A stretch of 41,413 nucleotides of DNA. Origin: Promethearchaeia archaeon (lineage in GTDB: Archaea > Asgardarchaeota > Lokiarchaeia > Sigyniarchaeales > SOKP01). The position numbers were made by a program, and so were the translations under genes. Below, in pieces: positions 1 through 8,953 of the stretch (positions within the stretch are counted from its first letter, which is position 1; each line of letters opens with the position of its first letter). The DNA lies in assembly GCA_029856105.1 (NCBI GenBank), contig JAHQWH010000062.1:1-41413 (forward strand). Reading direction: 5' to 3'. Below the pieces are notes generated by a model. It worked only from the letters and a program-made list of their open reading frames with translations. It was not told where the DNA came from and searched no databases.

Positions 1-1095
1 CGATATTATCATATGATCGCCATTTGTAGTCCAAAATCCTTCGTCTCCATTGTGATTGAAAATGTTTTGATCGATGATATTATAATCCACATTATCTAAA
101 AAAATACCGTCATCCTGGTTATTATTGGCTGTATTTTTTGAAATTGTATTAAATTCTGAAGATGTTATGAGATGGATTCCGTAGTAATTGTCGTTTACAG
201 TATTAGATTCAAACAGGTTATGAGTGCTCTGTTCTACTCTGATTCCATCACTAATACTCTCCGTAATCGTATTTCCTGAAATTTCACACCGATGACTCTG
301 AAAAATTCGAATCCCATTATTAAGGTTATTTGTAATTGTATTTCCTAATATTTGCGTATTATTTGAGATTTCGTTATTAATGCCAATAGAATTATTTATA
401 ATAGTATTAGTCCTAATCGTTACGAAATCGCAATCATTGAGGTATATCCCATTATCAGCATTTTCTATTGCATCATTGTCTTCAATAATACAACTCTCGC
501 AATTATCAAAGTTAATCCCATCACCTAAATTGTCATTATCAATGTTAGAATATAAATTTACGCGATCTGAATTAGCAACAGCTATACCCGCTACGCTTGC
601 TGAACAATTATTGTCCCTTAGAGTTATTTGACTACAGTTATCAACTAAAATATTTATAAAAATATTCCTTGGTAATTGATTATCTTCAATTAAACCGTTC
701 GTGGTATTATCGAGTAAAATTCCTGCACTAAAACCAGATATTATGAACTCACAATTAATAACTCGAAAGTGTTTTCTAGAATTAGAAATAGTCAAACATA
801 CACTACCACTTGTCGTATTAAACGTATCACCACTTATAATGTAAGGATCTCCAGATGTCCCAGAACCAGTACAATTACCTGCAGCTTTCGCAGTTGCCCA
901 GTCTTTAGTAGGATCGGCATCATCAATCTCTATTGGGTAAGTATGAGTTGCCGAGATCTTTAAGCCCTCAAAAAAGGTTATTTGGTTTGTTGCATTTGAA
1001 AATGGTAAATTAGTAAAAATAAATCCAAGATTTATAGCGAGTATTGCTATAAAAACAGAAATTAATAAAGTAGTTTTTGTGTTTTTTGATTTCAT
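1..1095 (-). CDS. Secreted/surface right-handed parallel beta-helix (NosD/PbH1-repeat) protein, 3' end outside the window
   Basis: Missing from the ORF track because it has no stop in the window. Manual translation from ATG at 1095: MKSKNTKTTLLISVFIAILAINLGFIF (signal/TM)...WATAKAAGNCTGSGTSGDPYIISG... then repeated GIxLxxxxxxxIxxNxxxxN units (e.g. GIYLNDCDFVTIRTNTIINN, GIHLITSSEFNTISKNTANNN). The frame stays open to position 1. Confidence 0.88.
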   Translation of the reverse strand, partial: MKSKNTKTTLLISVFIAILAINLGFIFTNLPFSNATNQITFFEGLKISATHTYPIEIDDADPTKDWATAKAAGNCTGSGTSGDPYIISGDTFNTTSGSVCLTISNSRKHFRVINCEFIISGFSAGILLDNTTNGLIEDNQLPRNIFINILVDNCSQITLRDNNCSASVAGIAVANSDRVNLYSNIDNDNLGDGINFDNCESCIIEDNDAIENADNGIYLNDCDFVTIRTNTIINNSIGINNEISNNTQILGNTITNNLNNGIRIFQSHRCEISGNTITESISDGIRVEQSTHNLFESNTVNDNYYGIHLITSSEFNTISKNTANNNQDDGIFLDNVDYNIIDQNIFNHNGDEGFWTTNGDHMIIS

Positions 1096-1333
1096 TTTTT
1101 TCACTCTCTAATTTTTTGTTATATTTGTAGTTATTATGGTAGTATGATAATTTCAGTATTTAAATTTTCATATATATTTGAGATTTTTGTAAAATATTTT
1201 TTTACATAATTGTTTACGAATTGGGCCAACTTAGTCAATTGTTTAAAGTTTTTTCGTTAAATATCCATCTCGCAAGAAAATGATATATATAGATTTGGGA
1301 TATTAATATTAAATAAATTGGAAAAAATCAACT

Positions 1334-2677
1334 ATGAGTGAAAATAATAGGAAGTTAGGATTTAAAGATAAGTTTGACAAATTTTTCTACAAAATATTTA
1401 ATCCGAGCCATGTTGCTTATACAATAATCTTTTTTATTGAAGTGCTTATCTTAATTGTGCTAAATTTTCTAGGGAGCACAGCTTTAGGTGATATTGGCTT
1501 ATTTCTATCTACTACTTTTTCACTTTCGTTTATTATTTTGATGTTTATTGGTATTTATCCCAAACTTGAAACATATCTGTTTTCTAAAAGCATGGATCAA
1601 TACAAAATTCTAATTTTTTTAAGTATTTTTAGTGTGAGTTTTATTATTATACTATTGTATTTCTTATTTGGCTCCTCCACGCAGCTTCCGATTCAATTTT
1701 TAGGTTGGGATTATATTCTTCCAGGATTTTATATAATAGTTTATTTTGGTTGGAACATGGCTCAAATATTTTTTCTAAAAACTAGTTTTGAGGATATATC
1801 TCTTAAAGCCAACAAGAAAATTTTACCAGAGGTGCGCTCAAATAAAAATAATTATTTAAGCGTGTTATTTTTAATCCTGGCAATTTCCATTCCAATTTTA
1901 AGTCAATTAGGAACTTATTTTGCTTTTATTCAATATTTCGAACCTCAAGCTCCAAGCGACCCTATAGAATCTCTATGGTGGTTTTACGGATGGAATGTAG
2001 CTATGTTTATCGTGATATTAATAATTTCTTACCGCTTATTTTCACTTTTCATTAAAAGTAAAAAAAACGATACTCTAAATGTTTTTTCATCAATTTTTTA
2101 CATTTTAATTTGGGTAATTATATGGTTTAGGTCCTTTAGTTTTATAAATACCTTTAGAAGTGTAACTCAAGTAATAGGAATTGACGCTTTTCGAGCAGTT
2201 TTTGACGTTTTATTGATGGTTTTTACAGCTATTCTAGTTATAAGAGGTTTAGGAAGTAAAACTTACAAAATCCGTCTTTTCAATCCCAATAATTTAGCGT
2301 TTTTTCTATTTGCATTCACATTGATATATATGGAAGGTCAAATTGTTATGATAACTGGAGCTGGTTCAATTTCGGGGACTTATACGAATCGCAGTCAGGT
2401 TAATTTAGTGAATAACTTTCTAGTTTTATTAATAACGCTCGTTTTTTATTGGTACTACGCCGAATATTCCTTGAAGAAAAATGGTTTGATATTAAGGAAG
2501 ATTTTCAAACAAGAAGAAGTCATTATGATCGTTTCAGATTTTAAAGATTACTTAATTGACAGTGGCGCACTCGATTCGAATAGAATAAGTGATTTGGAAT
2601 TCCAGAATTTTTTGCAACAAAAGAAATTAAAGATAAAGATATCAGATGAGCCTGACTTAGAGAAAGTTGACGAATAA
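1334..2677 (+). CDS. Polytopic integral membrane protein of unknown function (~10-12 TM segments)
   Basis: 447-aa ORF with alternating long hydrophobic segments and a short charged C-terminal tail; no family motif recognised. Confidence 0.8.
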   Translation: MSENNRKLGFKDKFDKFFYKIFNPSHVAYTIIFFIEVLILIVLNFLGSTALGDIGLFLSTTFSLSFIILMFIGIYPKLETYLFSKSMDQYKILIFLSIFSVSFIIILLYFLFGSSTQLPIQFLGWDYILPGFYIIVYFGWNMAQIFFLKTSFEDISLKANKKILPEVRSNKNNYLSVLFLILAISIPILSQLGTYFAFIQYFEPQAPSDPIESLWWFYGWNVAMFIVILIISYRLFSLFIKSKKNDTLNVFSSIFYILIWVIIWFRSFSFINTFRSVTQVIGIDAFRAVFDVLLMVFTAILVIRGLGSKTYKIRLFNPNNLAFFLFAFTLIYMEGQIVMITGAGSISGTYTNRSQVNLVNNFLVLLITLVFYWYYAEYSLKKNGLILRKIFKQEEVIMIVSDFKDYLIDSGALDSNRISDLEFQNFLQQKKLKIKISDEPDLEKVDE

Positions 2678-2727
2678 AAAGTTAGATTATAGGTAAATTT
2701 TTAAAAAAATTAAGTTTAAGAATTTTT

Positions 2728-3462
2728 ATGGAAGATATCGAAAATATTTTACTAAAGATTCAAGATAATACTAATCCGCAAGAAATTAACGACATTTTAA
2801 TTAAACTAAGCAAGAACTCGAACGAAAAAACTTTAATTATAGTAGATTTTTTTTTAGATTCGTTGAATGCAACAATCCTAAATAAAATTAAATTGAATTT
2901 GATTTTTCTCCTAGGTACAATTGGGAGAGTAACAGTCTTAAACAGAAAATATTTGAATTTTTTGGTTGACAGCTATTTTGACTCAGACAGATGGGTTAGA
3001 CACGAAATTATGCAAGCTTTTCTCGTTATTTTGGAAAACCACGAATACAACAATGAGATTTATCAAATAATAGAACTCGCGTTAAACGAAGATTACCTGC
3101 CTATAAAAAAGAGCGCCTTAAGCGTTTTAATGATATTAAAGGAGCTTCCCGAGAAATTTGTATTATCCCTCTTAAGAGTTTTAGATACAAACAACGAAGA
3201 AATTGTTGAAATGGGATTAAAGATTTTGAAAAGAAGCGTTCAAACTGGGGAAGAATTATATGAGTTTTTAAACAACTCAAAAGTTTATACAATTTTAAAG
3301 AAATCCATAGTTAGAGTTCTAATTTTAGAATATTTTGATTCAATAAGTGAATTAGAATCGTTTATGGAAAAAATCAATTCGTCGAAATGGGAAAAAGAAT
3401 ACAAAATATTATGTAACACCGAAATTAACTCGTTTCAAAGAATTTTAAAAAAAAAGAGATAA
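2728..3462 (+). CDS. HEAT/ARM-repeat (alpha-solenoid) protein
   Basis: 244 aa, all-helical Leu/Ile-rich, with HEAT-like units DSDRWVRHEIMQAF, NEDYLPIKKSALSVL and DTNNEEIVEMGLKIL. Confidence 0.7.
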   Translation: MEDIENILLKIQDNTNPQEINDILIKLSKNSNEKTLIIVDFFLDSLNATILNKIKLNLIFLLGTIGRVTVLNRKYLNFLVDSYFDSDRWVRHEIMQAFLVILENHEYNNEIYQIIELALNEDYLPIKKSALSVLMILKELPEKFVLSLLRVLDTNNEEIVEMGLKILKRSVQTGEELYEFLNNSKVYTILKKSIVRVLILEYFDSISELESFMEKINSSKWEKEYKILCNTEINSFQRILKKKR

Positions 3463-3482
3463 GATTTGTTAATTAATTTAAT

Positions 3483-4703
3483 TTATTCGTAGTTTTCTAA
3501 TACTATTTCCAGTTTCTCGTTTGAATAAATTATCTCGTTAAAAATTTTGATTAGGCATTTAATAATTTCCCTCGGGTTTCCCTTGGTATTTTCAAATATG
3601 TTTCTCAAGATTCTTTTATTTAAGGGAAAGTATGGATTTTGAAAGGCGTTAATAAAATCGCTAATCCCTATATCCTCGTAAAAATATCTCATACTTTCTT
3701 TATAGAATTCAAATATGTCTTCCTCGTTAAAATCTAAAAGAAAGAGAGGTTCTTTTATTGAAAACAAAAGTTCCGCGTTCTGTTCTTGATATTTTTTTTT
3801 TATTTCTTCTAAAGAATCGATAGATTTCAGAGTTATAATTATGCGTAAACTCTCAATTTGCTGTAGCTGAACGATTTTATTAAATACTTTTTCAGCAGCA
3901 ATATCGTCTGGCGACTTTTCAGGTCCGTATAACCAACTAGGATCGTAGATTTCTTCAGCGGATTCGTCTTTTGGTTCAGTTATGGAAATAATTTTTTCAA
4001 AATCGTCAATAAACAAGATCGTTCCTGATTTAGAATTTTCAATCAATAACCTTAACATCATAAATGCGTCTTTCCCTTTTCGAAGATCGTGCGATATATT
4101 TAAGCGTGAAAGCTCCTTTGCATCCATGAGTTCCCCTAATAACCATTTTTCAGCCTCAATCTTTTTGTAGGGGTCTAATTGATGTACTACAATTCCAGAT
4201 ATTATGTCAGTTAAGATTTCTGTTTCCATTTCGCTATATTTATTTGATAACAGGTTAAACGCAAAATTTTTTATTTTTTCAAGATCTGCTACATGGAAAA
4301 AACCAAATTTCCTTTCTAACGCACCCCATTCGTCACATAATCGATTAATAATGAATTTTAAAGGAGCTAATTCTAAGTTTTCGATAAATTCAGAATAAAT
4401 ATTATAAAAAAACTTTTTATATACATATTCAAGTGAAATATAAATTGTATTATAGTAATAAAGAGAATTCTTTAGAGCCCAATACATGTGTGTCTTTCCA
4501 GACCCTACATCCCCAATGATAGGAAGGATAAAGTTATTATCTTCTTCTGCAATTTTTTTAATTGTTTTAATTAAATTTTTTCTAGATTTAACCAGTTCAA
4601 GCTCTTCTCTAATCTCACCAGTACAAACAAATTTTTTGAAAGGATTATTTCCCCATTTTAACACATTGATTAATTTCTTCCTTTTATTTTCGTATAGAAT
4701 CAT
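3483..4703 (-). CDS. P-loop (AAA+) ATPase, BrxD/DUF2791-like
   Basis: Walker A GDVGSGKT, Walker B ILFIDDFE, N-terminal NPF, C-terminal GNPREIIK and a BrxD-like insert AEKWLLGE..EL..L.I..DL. ATG 4703 is preferred because it avoids a 40-bp overlap; the ORF is open to 4760. Confidence 0.75.
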   Translation of the reverse strand: MILYENKRKKLINVLKWGNNPFKKFVCTGEIREELELVKSRKNLIKTIKKIAEEDNNFILPIIGDVGSGKTHMYWALKNSLYYYNTIYISLEYVYKKFFYNIYSEFIENLELAPLKFIINRLCDEWGALERKFGFFHVADLEKIKNFAFNLLSNKYSEMETEILTDIISGIVVHQLDPYKKIEAEKWLLGELMDAKELSRLNISHDLRKGKDAFMMLRLLIENSKSGTILFIDDFEKIISITEPKDESAEEIYDPSWLYGPEKSPDDIAAEKVFNKIVQLQQIESLRIIITLKSIDSLEEIKKKYQEQNAELLFSIKEPLFLLDFNEEDIFEFYKESMRYFYEDIGISDFINAFQNPYFPLNKRILRNIFENTKGNPREIIKCLIKIFNEIIYSNEKLEIVLENYE

Positions 4704-4720
4704 GTTGGGTAAATTTCCTT

Positions 4721-5359
4721 TTATAGCTTTAGTTCTTCTATGCCTAAGATTATAATCCATTTGACATTTGTTAGTGATTTCTTAACAGTCATTATTGGTT
4801 CGTAGGAAACTGATAAATTACTATTTTCATCTCTTCCAACTATTAGGCAATCATAAAAAACTGGATCGCCTCTCTCATCTATTACTACTCTATCGGCCAA
4901 TAAAATTCCATTTCCTACGAAAGCAACGGGGTTTCTAAGCATTTCTTCTTTAAAAAAATCTAAATGATTAATTCCATATTCAAAATCATCTAAATAAAGA
5001 GCTGCTGTATTAAGCTTATTTAGAGTATAGGGAAATGCGTCAGAGAATTGACCTTCATCGTAGACTTGCATAACATCCTCAGGAATAAGTATAGTGTATT
5101 CGATAGACGATATATCTTTAATGTTAAGTTCATCAATTTTTTGAGAGAAAGCGGATTTTTTGTTGTAATTCAATTCGAATCCTACTTTAAATCCGTTGGA
5201 TATAAAAATCCCTTCTGAGTTAGATATTTTTAAATTATCAGAAAAAATAATAGAATCCTTATCGTCGCTGCATCGAGTAATTATAGACCCTATGAATTCT
5301 CCTTCTTTCTTTATTCCCTTTACTGAATCGTATAAAATGTTGCCGTTAACATCGCTCAT
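4721..5359 (-). CDS. Hypothetical soluble protein, probably co-transcribed with the ATPase
   Basis: 212-aa ORF with normal composition, ending 17 bp before the preferred ATPase start; no motif recognised. Confidence 0.65.
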   Translation of the reverse strand: MSDVNGNILYDSVKGIKKEGEFIGSIITRCSDDKDSIIFSDNLKISNSEGIFISNGFKVGFELNYNKKSAFSQKIDELNIKDISSIEYTILIPEDVMQVYDEGQFSDAFPYTLNKLNTAALYLDDFEYGINHLDFFKEEMLRNPVAFVGNGILLADRVVIDERGDPVFYDCLIVGRDENSNLSVSYEPIMTVKKSLTNVKWIIILGIEELKL

Positions 5360-5410
5360 AATTATGTTTAAATTAACATCTCTTTTTCCAAATATCTAAC
5401 CAAACGATAG

Positions 5411-5424
5411 TATATATATATATA
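5411..5424. promoter_or_regulatory. (TA)7 tract, candidate shared TATA element of a divergent promoter
   Basis: TATATATATATATA lies in the 88-bp gap between divergent starts at 5359 and 5448. Confidence 0.3.
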
Positions 5425-5447
5425 ATAATACTTAATTATTAAGTAGA

Positions 5448-6692
5448 ATGGGTTCAATGAGTATATCCAACAAAATTTCTGAATTGTCTAAATTAGATTT
5501 GCTTAAAAGAGCAAAAGAACACATTTTTTCGACCGGGTTAAACGACGGTGCTTCTAAATTGTGTAAGGCTAACATGAAATATGGTTTAGCGCAATTTCAG
5601 ATTATTCAAGAGAAACATGGATTTGAACCTAAAGCTACATTTATATCGTCTCCAGACGAAACTATCTCAAGAAACAACTTCCGTTGGAATTCGGGGTTAG
5701 GATACGGTGGGAGACTAAATTGGGGGGATGGTACCGACAAGATAATTTTTCTAAATGTAAAGCCAAATTGTTGTGGAATACTAGTTGGTGGATTAGAAGA
5801 GATACCGGATCCTTACGATCTTATAAAAACGATAGATAAAGTAAAGAGCATAGAATTATACGATAATGATGTTTTAATAAATTGGGATTATGGTGTATCT
5901 AATCACTTTATAAATTGTTTTGAAACTAAAATTCTTTCAGACATTGATTTTCCACCTTATATGTTCATGATTCACGGTTCAGCACCTGAATTCCGCGACG
6001 ATAAATATGGAATTGGTTTATATATCGACGTTTCAAAAACATTAAAAGAACGTGCTATTGAAGAACAAACAAAATTAGGAAGGCAATATATTTTGTTAGA
6101 TTCCGACGCAAAAGAATATCTTGATTTTAACAAAAAAGCAATTAACTTTTCGACCAAAAAGCGAGAAATCGTTGCAAACGAGTTATTCGGTACCGATTAT
6201 GAGATAATATGCAATGCTTCTCACCAATTTTTAAAAGATTATAACAACATGTATTTAGGAAGTAATTGTACTGATGCAGATTGTGAGTTTGTTCCAACTA
6301 ATATTTTTCCTACAGCATTAAGAGCCGATGTAGCGTGCTATCTATTTAGAGGAAAAAAGAGCTTTTCAGAAATAACTTTAAAGAATAACAATTTTTTAGA
6401 AAGAGCAGAAAATCTAGAGCTATTAGATCTTCTAATGAATGCTGATATATTGCCCCACGGTGGAGGGTACATGTTGCCCGATGTTAGCCGCGTACAAAAA
6501 GTTTTAGAGTATAAAGACCAGAGATATTTTGCTTGCGAATTAGTAAAAGATAGTAACAAATTAAAGATCGTTCGAAACGTTAAGGAATTACAATTCGAAT
6601 ATAGAGGGCGAGACGTAATTCTAAAAACGCTTCAATTGGACCTTGGAGAAATCATAGCTCGATTAAACCCTGTATTCTCTTTAAAATTATAA
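5448..6692 (+). CDS. Divergent RtcB-family (3'-phosphate/5'-OH RNA ligase-like) protein
   Basis: RtcB motifs in the correct order: SPD, KPNCCG (cf. DINCG), GVSNHFI (cf. GxGNHF), MIHGS (cf. MIHxGS), SHQ (cf. HN), LPHGGG (cf. HGAG), EYRG (cf. AYK) and terminal IARLNPVFSLKL (cf. VARLRP.xxKG). Confidence 0.72.
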   Translation: MGSMSISNKISELSKLDLLKRAKEHIFSTGLNDGASKLCKANMKYGLAQFQIIQEKHGFEPKATFISSPDETISRNNFRWNSGLGYGGRLNWGDGTDKIIFLNVKPNCCGILVGGLEEIPDPYDLIKTIDKVKSIELYDNDVLINWDYGVSNHFINCFETKILSDIDFPPYMFMIHGSAPEFRDDKYGIGLYIDVSKTLKERAIEEQTKLGRQYILLDSDAKEYLDFNKKAINFSTKKREIVANELFGTDYEIICNASHQFLKDYNNMYLGSNCTDADCEFVPTNIFPTALRADVACYLFRGKKSFSEITLKNNNFLERAENLELLDLLMNADILPHGGGYMLPDVSRVQKVLEYKDQRYFACELVKDSNKLKIVRNVKELQFEYRGRDVILKTLQLDLGEIIARLNPVFSLKL

Positions 6693-6693
6693 A

Positions 6694-8742
6694 CTATTCT
6701 ATTTTTGCTCCAGGTGGAATATTTTTATCAGGCGTTAGAACCGAAACGACATCTCCATCAACAGCAGCAAGAAGCATACCTTCGCTTAAAATACCTCTCA
6801 GCTTTCTCGGTTCTAAATTAGCTAGTATTACTATTTTTTTCCCCTTTAATTCCTCTGTTTTGTAATGTTCTGCTAAACCTGCTACTACAGTTCTTTTTTC
6901 AGCTCCTAAGGTGATCGACATTTTGTATAATTTATCTGCTTTAGGAACTTTTTCGACACTCTCTATAAGTGCCACTCTTATATCTAATTTTTTAAAATCG
7001 TCATATGAAACCAATTCTTTACCACCTACATTTGATTTTTGTTCTTTTAATTTTTGAAGTTTATCTTGAATTTCTTGAACGTCGAGTTTTTGAAAAAGAG
7101 GTTCTGGTTTTTTAATTTTTAGTCCTTCCTTTACGGCGTTTTCGTTTATGCTATCCCATTTCAAATCCTTTGAAGTGGGAACATTTAAGTACGACAAAAT
7201 CTTTTCTGATGTTCCCGGAATAAATGGACTCAATAATATACCAAACGCATAAACTGCTTGGATGCATATATTGAACACATTCCCAGCAGCTTCTTTATCT
7301 TTCTTGATCAAATGCCACGGGGCTTTCTCGTTAAGATATATGTTCCCTTCTTTCCCAAAATTAACAATATCTCTTAAAGCTTTTCTTAGCTTGAAGGCTT
7401 TAATACTTTCTCCAATTTCATAACTAATGCTATTAATGCGTTCGATAAATTTTTTGTCAATTTCGTCGAATTCTAATTTGTGAGGCACAGTTCCATTAAA
7501 TTGTTTATCGATAAATGTTAAAGTTCTATGAATGAAATTTCCGATGTTATCATTTAATGTTTTAATGTTGTTTTCAAATTCAGACCATAGGAACGAAGTA
7601 TCACTAGTTTCTGGACGATTATAAATTAAAGTAAATCGCCAGTAATCAAGTGGAGCAGCTTCTAATGCCTCATCGATCCAGATTCCTACTCCTCTCGATT
7701 TAGAAAATTTCTCGTTTTCAAACATTAACCATTCTGTAGAAGAAACATTGTAAGGGAGTATTAATTTCTCTCCATTGCTTTTATCCTTGTTATAAGATAA
7801 TAACAAAATCGGAAATATAATCAAATGAAATATTATATTGTCTTTCCCGATAAAAAAGACTGTTTTAGTTTTAGGATCTTTCCAAAAATAATCAAACTTA
7901 CTTGGATCTTTAATTATATTTTCTGCCCATTCTTTTACTGCAGAAATATATCCCAAAACAGCTTCAAACCAAACATAAATAGTCTTTTCTTCAGCCCCTT
8001 TAAAAGGGGCGGGAATACCCCACTCAAGATCTCTAGTAATGGCTCTTTGTGGAATACCTTCTGAGATACTATTTAAACACATTTGTCGAGCATTCTGTGG
8101 AATTAGCTGGTTTTGTTTTATAAAACTATCCAACTCATCTTGTAATTTGGGCAAATCCAAATACCAATGCTTCGTTTTACGGAGCACAGGAGGTTCGCCG
8201 CAAATCACACAGTGAGCTCTTTTTAACTCTAAGGGAGTTAGTAATTTTTGGCATTTATCACATTGATCTCCCCTCGCATTTTCAGCCTCACAATGCGGAC
8301 AAATTCCTTCAACGAATCTATCTGGAAGAAATAATTTATCGTGTTCACAATACAGAGATTCTATTTCTTTTTCAAAAATGTATCCATTTCTCTGTATATC
8401 TTTATAGAAATTTCTTACAAACTCAATGTGGGTAAGGCTATGAGTAACAGTGTAGTTATCATATGAAATTTGCCATTTTTTAAATAAATCTTTAATTATG
8501 GTATGATTTTTCAAGGCTAATTCCTGAGCTGATATATTTTGTTTTTTAGCTGCAACTGCGACGGGCGTACCGTGTGAGTCCGAACCCGAAACAAATACAA
8601 CTTCGTCTCCTTTTAGCCTACAAAATCTTGCAAATATGTCGGACGATAATACGCTTCCAATCATGTTTCCTAAATGAGGTATGGCATTTACATAAGGCCA
8701 AGCTGATGTAATTACCCATTTATTTTTTTCAATATTGGACAA
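6694..8742 (-). CDS. metG: Methionine--tRNA ligase with C-terminal Trbp111-like tRNA-binding domain
   Basis: TSAWPYVN, HLGN (HIGH), zinc knuckles CPHC/CDKC/CVIC, YVWFEA, GKDNIIFH, KFSKS (KMSKS) and C-terminal DFKKLDIRVA...NLEPRKLRGILSEGMLLAA. Confidence 0.97.
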   Translation of the reverse strand: MSNIEKNKWVITSAWPYVNAIPHLGNMIGSVLSSDIFARFCRLKGDEVVFVSGSDSHGTPVAVAAKKQNISAQELALKNHTIIKDLFKKWQISYDNYTVTHSLTHIEFVRNFYKDIQRNGYIFEKEIESLYCEHDKLFLPDRFVEGICPHCEAENARGDQCDKCQKLLTPLELKRAHCVICGEPPVLRKTKHWYLDLPKLQDELDSFIKQNQLIPQNARQMCLNSISEGIPQRAITRDLEWGIPAPFKGAEEKTIYVWFEAVLGYISAVKEWAENIIKDPSKFDYFWKDPKTKTVFFIGKDNIIFHLIIFPILLLSYNKDKSNGEKLILPYNVSSTEWLMFENEKFSKSRGVGIWIDEALEAAPLDYWRFTLIYNRPETSDTSFLWSEFENNIKTLNDNIGNFIHRTLTFIDKQFNGTVPHKLEFDEIDKKFIERINSISYEIGESIKAFKLRKALRDIVNFGKEGNIYLNEKAPWHLIKKDKEAAGNVFNICIQAVYAFGILLSPFIPGTSEKILSYLNVPTSKDLKWDSINENAVKEGLKIKKPEPLFQKLDVQEIQDKLQKLKEQKSNVGGKELVSYDDFKKLDIRVALIESVEKVPKADKLYKMSITLGAEKRTVVAGLAEHYKTEELKGKKIVILANLEPRKLRGILSEGMLLAAVDGDVVSVLTPDKNIPPGAKIE

Positions 8743-8953
8743 TTCGTATTACCTCTTAATTTATAGTTAAGTTATAGTTATTTATCGATTATTATTGTTA
8801 TAATTACTATTAATTAAACTAATAATGATTGTTAAAGTAATTTACATTCTTATTTCAACTTTATGAGATTAAAAGTAAAAAACTAAACGATTCTTGTTCT
8901 TATAATATATTTTAAATAGCTTTGATATAAACTCAATATAAATTTTTTTTCTT

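Noticed and set aside
380-963. Plus-strand ORFs 380..631 and 769..963
   Set aside because: Antisense shadows of the minus-strand beta-helix gene 1..1095.
3483-5359. Complete BREX defence system
   Set aside because: Only a BrxD-like ATPase is present; no PglX, PglZ, BrxC or BrxHI was seen in the window.
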